Below, piece by piece: positions 1 through 8,304 of a DNA stretch of 39,907 nucleotides. The notes below the pieces were generated by a model. The model made no database searches and was not told the DNA's origin. It saw only the letters and a list, made by a program, of their open reading frames with translations. The DNA is from Stenotrophomonas sp. GTDB taxonomy: Bacteria; Pseudomonadota; Gammaproteobacteria; Xanthomonadales; Xanthomonadaceae. The position numbers were made by a program, and so were the translations under genes. Position 1 is the stretch's first letter. Each line of letters begins with the position of its first letter. The stretch covers positions 736-40,642 of the forward strand of contig DQIG01000296.1 in NCBI GenBank assembly GCA_003525885.1. Reading direction: 5' to 3'.

Positions 1-3
1 GTC

Positions 4-42
4 GGGGTCAGATCCCTTTCCGCTGGAAAGCGATCCGACCCC
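4..42. repeat. ~39-bp palindromic intergenic repeat (GGGGTC-GATCCC...GGGATC-GACCCC family), just past the stop of the first CDS
   Basis: ggggtcagatccctttccgctggaaagcgatccgacccc is an imperfect palindrome; related copies at 5047-5081, 9270-9307 and 39203-39241. Confidence 0.75.
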
Positions 43-48
43 TCCCGA

Positions 49-633
49 TTACAGCGTGATCCAGAAACACCCGTATTGCCGCCGCAACCCCAGCACTGTC
101 GAAGCGCGCGACACGCTGCCGGGCAAGGTCTGCTCCAGGCGCAGGCCGACCGGATGGCGCACAGCCGGCGGCTCAGCGTCGGATCCCTGCGCCGCAGGGC
201 TCTGACCCTCCTCCTGCGAGGACGCCAGCCCCTGTGACGGATACACCGGTACCACGTCCACCAGCGGCCGCCGTGCCAATGATTCCAACTGGCCGAGGAT
301 GCGCTGCGCGCCCGCATCAGAGACCGCGCCCCACAGGTACAGCGAGGACAGCCGGTTCACATCATTGCTGAGGATGCCGGTGCGCAGTGCGTCCACCAGC
401 TCGCTCAGGCGCCGCGGGCAGCGCGCACCCAGGGTGTCGCGCGGCAGGGTGCTGCCGGTGGGCGCGGGCGGTGGCAATCGCGATTGGGCGCCGACACTGT
501 CGCAGGGGCGGTCGGTGTACACGCTCTGCCCCTGCGCATCGGTGCAGCGGTTCAAGCGTGGAGACTGCGCATGGACTACGCTCGATGCCGAGCACAACGA
601 CAGCAGCAACAGCAGGAAGGAAAGCCGGTTCAT
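49..633 (-). CDS. DUF4124-like exported protein
   Basis: Signal peptide (MNRLSFLLLLLSLCSASSVVHA) followed by RCTDAQGQSVYTDRPC, typical of DUF4124. Confidence 0.8.
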   Translation of the reverse strand: MNRLSFLLLLLSLCSASSVVHAQSPRLNRCTDAQGQSVYTDRPCDSVGAQSRLPPPAPTGSTLPRDTLGARCPRRLSELVDALRTGILSNDVNRLSSLYLWGAVSDAGAQRILGQLESLARRPLVDVVPVYPSQGLASSQEEGQSPAAQGSDAEPPAVRHPVGLRLEQTLPGSVSRASTVLGLRRQYGCFWITL

Positions 634-673
634 CCACGCAGGGTAGCGCCGATCGCGGTGGCATGGCGTGCTT

Positions 674-1501
674 TCAGCCGTGCAGCAGCTTCAACACCGA
701 CGTGGTCGGCTTGGCCAGGTTCAACGTGTAGAAGTGCAGGCCCGGCGCGCCGCCTTCGACCAGGCGCTGGCACAGCTTGGCCACCACTTCGGTGCCGAAC
801 GCCCGCACCGATTCGGCGTCGTCGCCATAGGCCTGCATCTTGCGGCTGATCCAACGTGGGATTTCCGCGCCGCACTGCTCGGAGAAGCGGCGCAGCTGGC
901 TGAAGTTGGCGATGGGCATGATGCCGGGCGTGATCGGCACCTCCACGCCGAGCCGACGCACGGCATCGACGAAGTGGAAGTACGCATCCGGGTTGTAGAA
1001 GTACTGGGTGATCGCCGCGTCGGCACCAGCATCGATCTTGGCCTTGAAGTGCTTGAGGTCGGCCAATGCATCGGAGGCCTGTGGATGGGTCTCCGGGTAG
1101 GCACCGACCTCGATGCGGAAGGCGTCGCCATGTTCGGCACGGATGAAGTCGATCAGCTCGGCGGCGTAGCGCATGTCGCCGGGAAACCCCATGCCGGAGG
1201 GCAGGTCGCCGCGCAGCGCAACCAGGCGATGGCAGCCGATGGCGCGGTACAGCTTGAGCAGCTCGCGGATTTCCTGGCGGGTGCCGCCGACACAGGACAG
1301 ATGCGGTGCAGCCTCGAAGCCATGGTGCTGGTTGAGGTGGCGCACGGTCTCGGAGGTATAGCTCAGCGTCGAGCCTCCGGCGCCGAAGGTACAGGACACG
1401 TATTCGGGGCCGTAGTCCTTCAGCTTGGCTGCGGCGCGGTCCAGTTGGCTGCGCTGTTCGTCGGTCTTGGGCGGATAGAACTCGAAGCTGATGGCAGTCA
1501 T
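674..1501 (-). CDS. metF: 5,10-methylenetetrahydrofolate reductase
   Basis: ISFEFYPPKT, VSCTFGAGGS, ALRGDLP, AITQYFY and LHFYTLN motifs; 275 aa. Confidence 0.97.
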   Translation of the reverse strand: MTAISFEFYPPKTDEQRSQLDRAAAKLKDYGPEYVSCTFGAGGSTLSYTSETVRHLNQHHGFEAAPHLSCVGGTRQEIRELLKLYRAIGCHRLVALRGDLPSGMGFPGDMRYAAELIDFIRAEHGDAFRIEVGAYPETHPQASDALADLKHFKAKIDAGADAAITQYFYNPDAYFHFVDAVRRLGVEVPITPGIMPIANFSQLRRFSEQCGAEIPRWISRKMQAYGDDAESVRAFGTEVVAKLCQRLVEGGAPGLHFYTLNLAKPTTSVLKLLHG

Positions 1502-1530
1502 GGCACGGGCGGCGGCAGCGGGTGTGGGTC

Positions 1531-1554
1531 AGTATATCGCTTCATCAAGATGGA
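1531..1554 (-). promoter_or_regulatory. metF -10 element (TATACT) overlapped by a candidate methionine-regulon operator (CATC-N2-GATG core)
   Basis: Minus strand reads TCCATCTTGATGAAGCGATATACT; 16/21 identical to the motif upstream of metK (18499-18519). Confidence 0.55.
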
Positions 1555-1704
1555 TGTGTGATTGCGGTGCGAGGGTAGGTCATCCGTGGTGCGCGACCGT
1601 TCGCCCTGCTGGCCGGCCGTTGCTCCGGAATCTCAACCGGGGGCGCTGCACCGGCAGCACGCTGTTCCCATCCCGGCACCACCCACCCGATGAAGGAGCA
1701 GACA

Positions 1705-2631
1705 ATGAAGATCTTCCTGGCACTCTGGTACGCGATGAAGGCCCTGGCCCGGCTGGCGATGATCGGCATGGCGATGGCCGTGCTGGGCTCCGGTTCGGCG
1801 CATGCCGCCACCGACGCGGCGGCCGGCAAGGTGCAGGTCGAGGTGGTCGGCAAGGGCCGACCGCTGTTGATGATTCCCGGCCTCAACAGCAGCGCCGAGG
1901 TCTGGCGCGACACCTGCCGCGCGTTGAAGGACGTGCAGTGCCACCTGGTGCAGCTGCCGGGGTTTGCCGGTGCCGCACCGGCAGACCCGCGGCCGGCGGA
2001 TTTCCTTTCGGCCATGCGCGACCAGCTGCTGGCCTATGTGCATGACCAGAAGCTGGACCATCCGGCGGTGATCGGCCACAGCCTGGGCGGCGTGTTGACG
2101 CTGCAGATGGCGATGAAGGAGCCGGACGCACTGGGACCGCTGGTCATCGTCGATTCGCTGCCGTTCTATGCAGGCATGCAGAACCCGCAGGCGACCGCAC
2201 GGAGCGTGCAGCCGATGGCCGAACAGATGCGCACTGCGATGCTGGCTGCAGACCCGGCCAGCTACCAGGCGCAGGCCGAAGCGGCGCTGGCCCCGCTGAC
2301 CAACAGCATCGCGCGCCTGCCCGAACTCAAGCGCTGGGGCCATGACAGCGATCGCGCGACCACCGCCGATGCGATGTACTCGCTGCTGGTGACCGACCTG
2401 CGTGGTGAGGTGGCCGCCATCCGCTCGCCCACGCTGGTGCTGGGTGCATGGGCGTCCTACCAGGCACTCGGTGCGACCGAATCATCGGCGCGTGCGATCT
2501 TCCAGTCGCAGTACGCCGCGTTGCCCGGCGTGCGCATCGAGCTGAGCGCGACTGGCCACCACTTCCTGATGTGGGATGATCCGCAGTGGCTGCGTGGGCA
2601 GGTGCAGGCGTTCCTCGACAGCCACCGCTGA
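1705..2631 (+). CDS. Exported alpha/beta-fold hydrolase (alternative start 1690)
   Basis: IPGL oxyanion loop, GHSLGG nucleophile elbow, C-terminal GHHFLMWDDP catalytic His; hydrophobic N-terminus ending AHA; AGGAG RBS before 1705. Confidence 0.88.
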   Translation: MKIFLALWYAMKALARLAMIGMAMAVLGSGSAHAATDAAAGKVQVEVVGKGRPLLMIPGLNSSAEVWRDTCRALKDVQCHLVQLPGFAGAAPADPRPADFLSAMRDQLLAYVHDQKLDHPAVIGHSLGGVLTLQMAMKEPDALGPLVIVDSLPFYAGMQNPQATARSVQPMAEQMRTAMLAADPASYQAQAEAALAPLTNSIARLPELKRWGHDSDRATTADAMYSLLVTDLRGEVAAIRSPTLVLGAWASYQALGATESSARAIFQSQYAALPGVRIELSATGHHFLMWDDPQWLRGQVQAFLDSHR

Positions 2632-2657
2632 TCCTTCCGTTCCCGCCGGCCATTGCC

Positions 2658-3704
2658 ATGCCCGAATCGACCTCCACGCTGCGCTTCTGGTTGATCAACA
2701 CCCTCGGCTGGGCGCTGTTCTGCGTGATCAGCCTGGCCATGACCGGCGCGTTCGGTGGCGGCAGCAGCAGTGGAAGTACGCTCATCAGCGTCGGCCTCGG
2801 CGTGCTGCTGTATGGCATCAGCGGCAGCCTGCGCGCGCTGGCCTTGCGGCGCCACTGGTGGCGGCTGGACCTGGGCGCGCTGGTGCTGCGGCTGGCGCTG
2901 GCGGTGCTGTTGGGTGCAGCACTGGCGCAACTGCTGCTGACGGCGGTGCTGCAGCCGGCGCTGGCGCTGGGGTGGGTGGATTTTGGCGGCCGATCGGGTG
3001 ATTTCCGCCCGGTCGCACGCCTGCTCTACTGGCTCAACACCGTGCTGATGCTGGGGCTATGGACCGCGATGTGGGCCGGCCTGCACGGCATGCGCAGTGC
3101 GCGCCAGGCCGAATTGGCCCGCCTGCGCGCCGAAGCCGAACGCAGTGCGCTGGAACGTGATGCGCTGCGTGCGCGGCTCAACCCGCATTTCATGTTCAAT
3201 GCGTTGAACAATCTGCGCGCGCTGATCCTGGAGGATCCGGAACGTGCGCGCGACATGGTCACGCGGCTGTCGCGCACGCTGCGCCAGGCGCTGGCGCACA
3301 ACCGCAGTGAGCAGGTCACGTTGGCCGAGGAACTGGCGGTGGTGGACGACTACCTGGCCATCGAGGCGATCCACTTCGAGCAGCGCCTGCAGGTGCTGCG
3401 GCATATTGATGCGGGCGCGACGCAGGCGCTGCTGCCGGCAATGGCGCTGCAGCTGCTGGTCGAGAACGCGATCAAGCACGGCATCGCCAGTCGCCCGGGC
3501 GGTGGCGAGGTGAGGATCCATGCCTCGCTGGCCAATGATGTGCTGCGGTTGCAGGTGGACAATCCACGTGCAACCGGCAGCGAACCCACCCATGGCCATG
3601 GCGTCGGCCTGGCCTACCTGCGTGCGCAGCTGGGCACGCGTGGCCGATTCGTGCTGCAGCCGGTCGGCGACCGCATGCAGGCCCTGCTGGAGATTGCGCA
3701 ATGA
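2658..3704 (+). CDS. LytS/YehU-family membrane sensor histidine kinase
   Basis: N-terminal TM helices, LRARLNPHFMFNALN H-box, LLVENAIKHG N-box, GHGVGL G-box. Confidence 0.92.
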   Translation: MPESTSTLRFWLINTLGWALFCVISLAMTGAFGGGSSSGSTLISVGLGVLLYGISGSLRALALRRHWWRLDLGALVLRLALAVLLGAALAQLLLTAVLQPALALGWVDFGGRSGDFRPVARLLYWLNTVLMLGLWTAMWAGLHGMRSARQAELARLRAEAERSALERDALRARLNPHFMFNALNNLRALILEDPERARDMVTRLSRTLRQALAHNRSEQVTLAEELAVVDDYLAIEAIHFEQRLQVLRHIDAGATQALLPAMALQLLVENAIKHGIASRPGGGEVRIHASLANDVLRLQVDNPRATGSEPTHGHGVGLAYLRAQLGTRGRFVLQPVGDRMQALLEIAQ

Positions 3705-4432
3705 GTGGCGTTCTGCGCGTGTTGATCGTTGATGATGCGCGGCTGGCGCGGCAGGAGCTGCGTACGCTGTTGTCGGCGCTGCCCTGGGTGCAGTGCGTGG
3801 GCGAGGCCGATGATGTGCCCGCCGCACGCGCGGCGATCGCCACACTGGCGCCGGACCTGGTGCTGCTGGATGTGCAGATGCCCTCCGGCAGCGGCTTCGA
3901 TGTGCTGGACGGCCTGGAGGCGGTGCCGGCGGTGGTGTTCGTTACCGCCTATGACAGCTACGCGGTACGCGCATTCCAGGCCAATGCGCTGGACTATCTG
4001 GTGAAGCCGGTGGAGGCGCCGCGCCTGCTGGAAGCATTGGAGCGGGCGCGCGAGCGCGACGTGGTGGCGAGCGGGGCGTCGGAACTGCGAAGCACGCTGG
4101 GCGCACAGGACCAGGTGTTCGTGCGCGAGGGGGAACGCTGCTGGTTCGTGGCGGTCTCCGAGATCCGCCGGCTGGTGGTGGATGGCAACTACACGCGCCT
4201 GTGGTTCCGCGACCAGAACGCCCTGTTGACCCGCAGCCTGAGCGCGCTGGAAGCACGCCTGCCGCAGGATCTTTTCTTCCGCGCCAACCGCAACACACTG
4301 GTCAACCTGCGCCGTATCCGTGGGGTGTCGCCCAGCATCGGCGACGGCTACGATCTGACGCTGGACGATGGCAGCGAGGTGGAGGTGTCGCGACGGCAGG
4401 CGCGGGAGCTGCGCGAGCGGATGGCGTTGTAG
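3701..4432 (+). CDS. LytTR-family response regulator
   Basis: REC domain (IVDD, LLDVQMP, FVTAY, DYLVKP) plus LytTR domain (FFRANRNTLVNL, VSRR); ATGA overlap with the kinase stop. Confidence 0.95.
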   Translation: MSGVLRVLIVDDARLARQELRTLLSALPWVQCVGEADDVPAARAAIATLAPDLVLLDVQMPSGSGFDVLDGLEAVPAVVFVTAYDSYAVRAFQANALDYLVKPVEAPRLLEALERARERDVVASGASELRSTLGAQDQVFVREGERCWFVAVSEIRRLVVDGNYTRLWFRDQNALLTRSLSALEARLPQDLFFRANRNTLVNLRRIRGVSPSIGDGYDLTLDDGSEVEVSRRQARELRERMAL

Positions 4433-4482
4433 GCGCTGCCAGCGGTTACCCTGTGCAGCGGATTCCCAGATCACGCCGCGTC

Positions 4483-5040
4483 ATGTCCATCGTCCTCACC
4501 GATTTCGCCCGCCCCCGCCTGTTCCCGCGCGTGCCGCGCGGCAATACCATCCAGGACTGCACTGCCGAACAGTTCGAGGCGCATCTCAACGCGCATGCAC
4601 CGCTGAAGGTGCTCGACGGCTACGCCCCGTTCTGCAAGTTGTTTGTCTATGAGAACTGGACCAGCACGCGCTGCTTGACGGTACCGGTCACCGAGGCCAA
4701 CCGCCACCAGCTGCGCAGCGGTTACGAAGCGCGCAATCGCGAGGAACTGCCGGTACTGGTGCGCTGGTTCGAGGGTGTGGAGTCGCCGCGCGCGAACTAC
4801 CTGGTGGTGATCCTGTACAGCGCCGGGCAGTTGGCGAAGGAAGGTTCACCGATCAAGGCCGACTGGGGCATCGTCGGCTGCATCTACACCGCCGAGCCGG
4901 AAGAGGTACCGATGGCGCCGATCACCATGATGCGCAACGCACTGGGCGTGGAGGAGGGCGGCTCCGGCGTGCCGCTGGACCGCGAGGCCTACCGGCGTTC
5001 GGTCGAGTTCTGGGAGAACAACGCCAACTGGCGGCCGTAG
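4483..5040 (+). CDS. DUF3228-family conserved protein
   Basis: LDGYAPFCK, LRSGYEAR..EELPVLVRWF, PMAPITMMRNALG.EEGGSGVPLDREAY motifs. Confidence 0.85.
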   Translation: MSIVLTDFARPRLFPRVPRGNTIQDCTAEQFEAHLNAHAPLKVLDGYAPFCKLFVYENWTSTRCLTVPVTEANRHQLRSGYEARNREELPVLVRWFEGVESPRANYLVVILYSAGQLAKEGSPIKADWGIVGCIYTAEPEEVPMAPITMMRNALGVEEGGSGVPLDREAYRRSVEFWENNANWRP

Positions 5041-5046
5041 CCGGCC

Positions 5047-5081
5047 CGGGTCAGATCCCAGCACCGCGGGGCGCTGACCCG
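5047..5081. repeat. Degenerate copy of the GGGTCAGATCCC palindromic repeat
   Basis: cgggtcagatcccagcaccgcggggcgctgacccg forms a hairpin and shares its first 12 nt with the copy at 4-42. Confidence 0.55.
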
Positions 5082-5158
5082 ATCATCCGGCGCCAGGCGC
5101 GCGCTATGATCGGGCCAGGCAAACCCAAGGAGGGCGAGGCATGGCGGTATGCGCAAGG

Positions 5159-5776
5159 ATGATCCTGGTGTTGCTGGCGGGCACGTTGCCCGCCACCCCG
5201 GTACTGGCCGCGAAGCCATCTGCCGAGATGGCCTGCGAACCCTTGGCGCCCCTTCCTGGGCTGCGCGATGCGGGCGTGACTGCGCTGTCGATGCAGCCGC
5301 GGGACGGCAGCTGTGTGGTTGAAGTGACGGCGGCCAATGGCAACGCGCTGCGTCGGCAGCAGCGGATGTTGGAGGTGCTGGTGCAGCATGTCTGTGCCGC
5401 GCCGGCGCGTGTGACCGTGAATGAGGTGCAGGTATCCCTGCAGTTGCGCCTGCCGACGCCCTGCGCGGCACGCAGCAGCCGGAACCTGTTCGCGGGTGAA
5501 GGTATTTCCTGGCTGCCTCCACGCGGCGTATCGCCGCGCTACCCGGTGGACGCCATGCGGCAGGGGCTGTCCGGCCGCAGTGTGCTGAAGGGGTTGGTGG
5601 ATACGCGAGGGGGCGTTGCGGCCGTGATCGTGGAGACCTCCAGCGGTCATGCGTTGCTGGATGACGCCGCAACGGAGGAGCTGCAGGGCTGGCGTTTCAG
5701 CCGCGCCGATGCGAAGGGTACGGTGCCAGCGTTGACTCTCGTGCGGATGCCGATGCGGTATGAATTCGTGGAGTGA
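5159..5776 (+). CDS. Exported protein with a TonB C-terminal domain (alternative start 5141)
   Basis: Signal peptide; C-terminal PRYPVDAMRQGLSGRSVL...VDTRG.V..V.VETSSGHALLDDAA...WRF pattern of TonB_C. Confidence 0.8.
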   Translation: MILVLLAGTLPATPVLAAKPSAEMACEPLAPLPGLRDAGVTALSMQPRDGSCVVEVTAANGNALRRQQRMLEVLVQHVCAAPARVTVNEVQVSLQLRLPTPCAARSSRNLFAGEGISWLPPRGVSPRYPVDAMRQGLSGRSVLKGLVDTRGGVAAVIVETSSGHALLDDAATEELQGWRFSRADAKGTVPALTLVRMPMRYEFVE

Positions 5777-5782
5777 CGATCT

Positions 5783-5835
5783 TCCACGCAGGCGTGGATC
5801 TACACGCACCGCAATAGTTCCACGCCATGCGTGGC
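5783..5835. repeat. Pair of GTAG-family REP elements between convergent genes
   Basis: tccacgcaggcgtggatctac and tagttccacgccatgcgtggc match GTAGATCCACGCCATGCGTGGAT, also seen at 22532, 25158, 33015 and 39891. Confidence 0.8.
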
Positions 5836-5845
5836 TGCATCACTG

Positions 5846-6331
5846 TCAGAGGGTCTTCCACTCCCACCATGGGTAGTGGTATTCACGCTCGGTGGCGCTC
5901 CACGGCTGCGCGCAGGACGTACAGGCCACCCGGTAGCACTCGCCCCAGCCATCCTCGGCCTCGCCTCGTCCGAGCAGCAGCACGTGGCCCTGTTCCAGCA
6001 GCGGTGCAGGGTTGAAGAACACATAGGAAGGGTAGAGTGCGCACAGGCACCCCTCACGCGCCTGCCAGTAGCGCAGCCGATGCAGGGCCGCCTTCAGGTG
6101 CGCCTGGTTGCTGATCAGCATGCCGCCGAGCGCGATGCCCTGGCAGCGCTGTTCGATCAGGTCCGCATGCGCAGCCAGTGCATCCAGCGAGGACGCGGTG
6201 AACAGCCGTGCGACCGTACGTGCGGCGTCGGTGATGCGCTTGCCGTCGCGCGACAGCAGGTCCTGCAGCAGCACGTCGGCCTGCGCGTCTTCCAGCCTGG
6301 GCGGCGGTGCCGCAGACCACGGCCAGCGCAT
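5846..6331 (-). CDS. Hypothetical 161-aa protein with CxC and CxxC motifs, translationally coupled to ybaK
   Basis: ATG (MRWPWS...) overlaps the ybaK TGA (TGATG); C-terminus has CLCALY and ACTSCAQPW...EYHYPWWEW. Confidence 0.7.
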   Translation of the reverse strand: MRWPWSAAPPPRLEDAQADVLLQDLLSRDGKRITDAARTVARLFTASSLDALAAHADLIEQRCQGIALGGMLISNQAHLKAALHRLRYWQAREGCLCALYPSYVFFNPAPLLEQGHVLLLGRGEAEDGWGECYRVACTSCAQPWSATEREYHYPWWEWKTL

Positions 6332-6804
6332 CAGCGTGCCTTGCCGATGGCAGCGTAGTGGCCGGTGGTGAGGCGCAGCAGGTCGGCCGGCGCCAGTTCC
6401 ACTTCCAGGCCGCGGCGACCGGCGCTGACATGCAGCGTGGGCAATGCCTGCGCGCTGGCATCGAGGAAGGTGCGCAGGCGCTTCTTCTGCCCCAGCGGGC
6501 TGATGCCACCGACCAGGTAGCCGGTCGCACGCTGTGCGGCATCGGCGGCGGCCATCTCGCACTTCTTGCAGCCGGCCGCTTCGGCCAGCGCCTTCAGGTC
6601 GAGCTGGCCGGCGACCGGCACGATCGCCACCAGCAGTTCATGTGCTTCAGTGCTGGCCAGCAGGGTCTTGAACACCTGGGCCGGGTCGAGGCCGAGCTTG
6701 TCGACGGCTTCGCCGCCATACGATTCGGCGTGGGCGTCGTGCACGTAGCTGCGCACGGTATGGGCGATCTTCTCGCGCTTGAGCAGGTTGATGGCCGGGG
6801 TCAT
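6331..6804 (-). CDS. ybaK: Cys-tRNA(Pro) deacylase
   Basis: MTPAINLL, QVFKTL, ATGYLVGGISPLGQKK and VSAGRRGLEVEL motifs. Confidence 0.95.
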   Translation of the reverse strand: MTPAINLLKREKIAHTVRSYVHDAHAESYGGEAVDKLGLDPAQVFKTLLASTEAHELLVAIVPVAGQLDLKALAEAAGCKKCEMAAADAAQRATGYLVGGISPLGQKKRLRTFLDASAQALPTLHVSAGRRGLEVELAPADLLRLTTGHYAAIGKAR

Positions 6805-6860
6805 GGGCGCATCCTAGCGCGGGGCAGGGGTATTGCCTTGACCGAGACTCGCGCGTCAAC

Positions 6861-6887
6861 GCAGAACGGGCGCCCGAAGGCGCCCGT
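6861..6887 (-). terminator. UUCG-loop hairpin downstream of the effector gene; left copy of a 27-bp direct repeat
   Basis: gcagaacgggcgcccgaaggcgcccgt, identical to 9224-9250. Confidence 0.65.
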
Positions 6888-6914
6888 CGCGGCTGCGATC
6901 GGCCGCATCCAGCA

Positions 6915-8255
6915 TCAGCGCGACATCGACTGCTGCGTCTGCATCTGTTCCTGGGTCTGCCGCTGCGACAGTTCGTTGTCCAGGGCCTGGCTCTGCCGCG
7001 TGCTGTCCTGCAGATTGTGGTTCACCGCCTGCGACAGATCGACGTAAGTGCGGTGCATGGCGGGATCGCCCAGCTGGCCCTGCACCGCGAACACGCCCTG
7101 GTTGTCCGGCCGCGCCAGCACGGTATCGACCTGGCTCATGCCGGCCAGCTTTGACTCGTAAGCCACCTGGCCTGCGGCGTTCTCGAGCTGGCTGCGGTCA
7201 TTGAACAGCGGCGACAGGCCGCCCTGGCGCCGCTGTTCTTCCAGCGCTTCCAGCTTTTCCACGACCTGCTGGTAACGCGGGTTGTCGGCGTGGCCTGGGG
7301 TGGCCATGGTCGGTTCGGCCGCCTGTGCGCGCTGCTGCGTGGCCGCATCCAGTGCGGCCAGGGTAGTGCCGCCAGCCTTGCCGTCTACGGTGAGGTGGTG
7401 ATCCCGCTGGAACTGCTTGACCGCTTCCAGGGTGCTGGGCCCGAAATCACGGTCGGCCACCAGCGGCTTGCCGTCCTTGCCCACGTAGCCCAAGTCCGCC
7501 AGCTTCTGCTGCATCGCCTGTACCTCATCGCCCCGGGTGCCGCTGATCAGTACGCCGTTGCCGCCGGGCGACCCGGGCGACCCGTGCGAGGGAGCATGGG
7601 TGGGGGTGATGCCCAGCTGGGTCATGGCCCGGTCGAAGCGCTCATCGCGGCTGGTCACGGCGGCCGGCGACTGGATGCCGTACTTGGTGGCATCGACGAA
7701 GTTCTGCACGTCGCCGCGGGTCGGCGGATTACCGGCCTGCACGGTACCGCCCTGCAGCTTTTCCGCGTTGCCGGCCAGATAGTTGATGAACTGCGGGCCC
7801 ATGCCGCCGAACTGGTTGTCATAGTCGGCCATGGCCAGCTGCAGTTCCGGGTTGGCTGCGATGGCATCGGCAGCGGCCGGGTTGGTTGCACGCACCTTGG
7901 CGATGGCCTCATCGACGCGCTGGATGGCACTGTCCAGCTTGTCGTTGGTGAGCTGGTCCATCTTCGCCTGGGGAATGGCCTGCAGCTTGGCGTCAAGCGC
8001 GGCCAGCTGCTGGGTGCTCAATCCGCCCTGCTGGGACAGCAGTTCGATGTCAGCGGCGGTGAAGCCGTTGTCGCGCAGGAAGCGCCGGGCCTGCGGATTG
8101 CCGCCGACATCGAACTGCACCAGCCCGAACGAGTAGGTGCTTGCGCCTTTCTGCGCGTAGGAGAAGTGGTCCAGGTGGCGGGTGTTGCCGCCCAGCTCCG
8201 TGTTGAGGAACAGCGTGGACAGCTGTTCGCGGGTAAGGGTGGAATCCGTTGCCAT
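6915..8255 (-). CDS. Putative X-T4SS antibacterial effector: lysozyme-like N-terminal domain, peptidoglycan-binding domain, C-terminal XVIPCD
   Basis: PG_binding_1 signature (GDEVQAMQQKLADLGY...DFGPSTLEAVKQFQRDHHLTVDGKAG..TLAAL); XVIPCD signature (PGHADNPRYQQ...ENAA...AGMSQVDTV...VFAVQGQLGDPAMHRTYVD..QA) with Gln-rich tail; E20, SFGLVQFD and DYDNQFG in the N-terminal domain. Confidence 0.88.
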   Translation of the reverse strand: MATDSTLTREQLSTLFLNTELGGNTRHLDHFSYAQKGASTYSFGLVQFDVGGNPQARRFLRDNGFTAADIELLSQQGGLSTQQLAALDAKLQAIPQAKMDQLTNDKLDSAIQRVDEAIAKVRATNPAAADAIAANPELQLAMADYDNQFGGMGPQFINYLAGNAEKLQGGTVQAGNPPTRGDVQNFVDATKYGIQSPAAVTSRDERFDRAMTQLGITPTHAPSHGSPGSPGGNGVLISGTRGDEVQAMQQKLADLGYVGKDGKPLVADRDFGPSTLEAVKQFQRDHHLTVDGKAGGTTLAALDAATQQRAQAAEPTMATPGHADNPRYQQVVEKLEALEEQRRQGGLSPLFNDRSQLENAAGQVAYESKLAGMSQVDTVLARPDNQGVFAVQGQLGDPAMHRTYVDLSQAVNHNLQDSTRQSQALDNELSQRQTQEQMQTQQSMSR

Positions 8256-8304
8256 GGTCGTCGTCCTTCAATGGGAAAAAGGAGCCGGGCACGCCCGGCC
8301 GATG

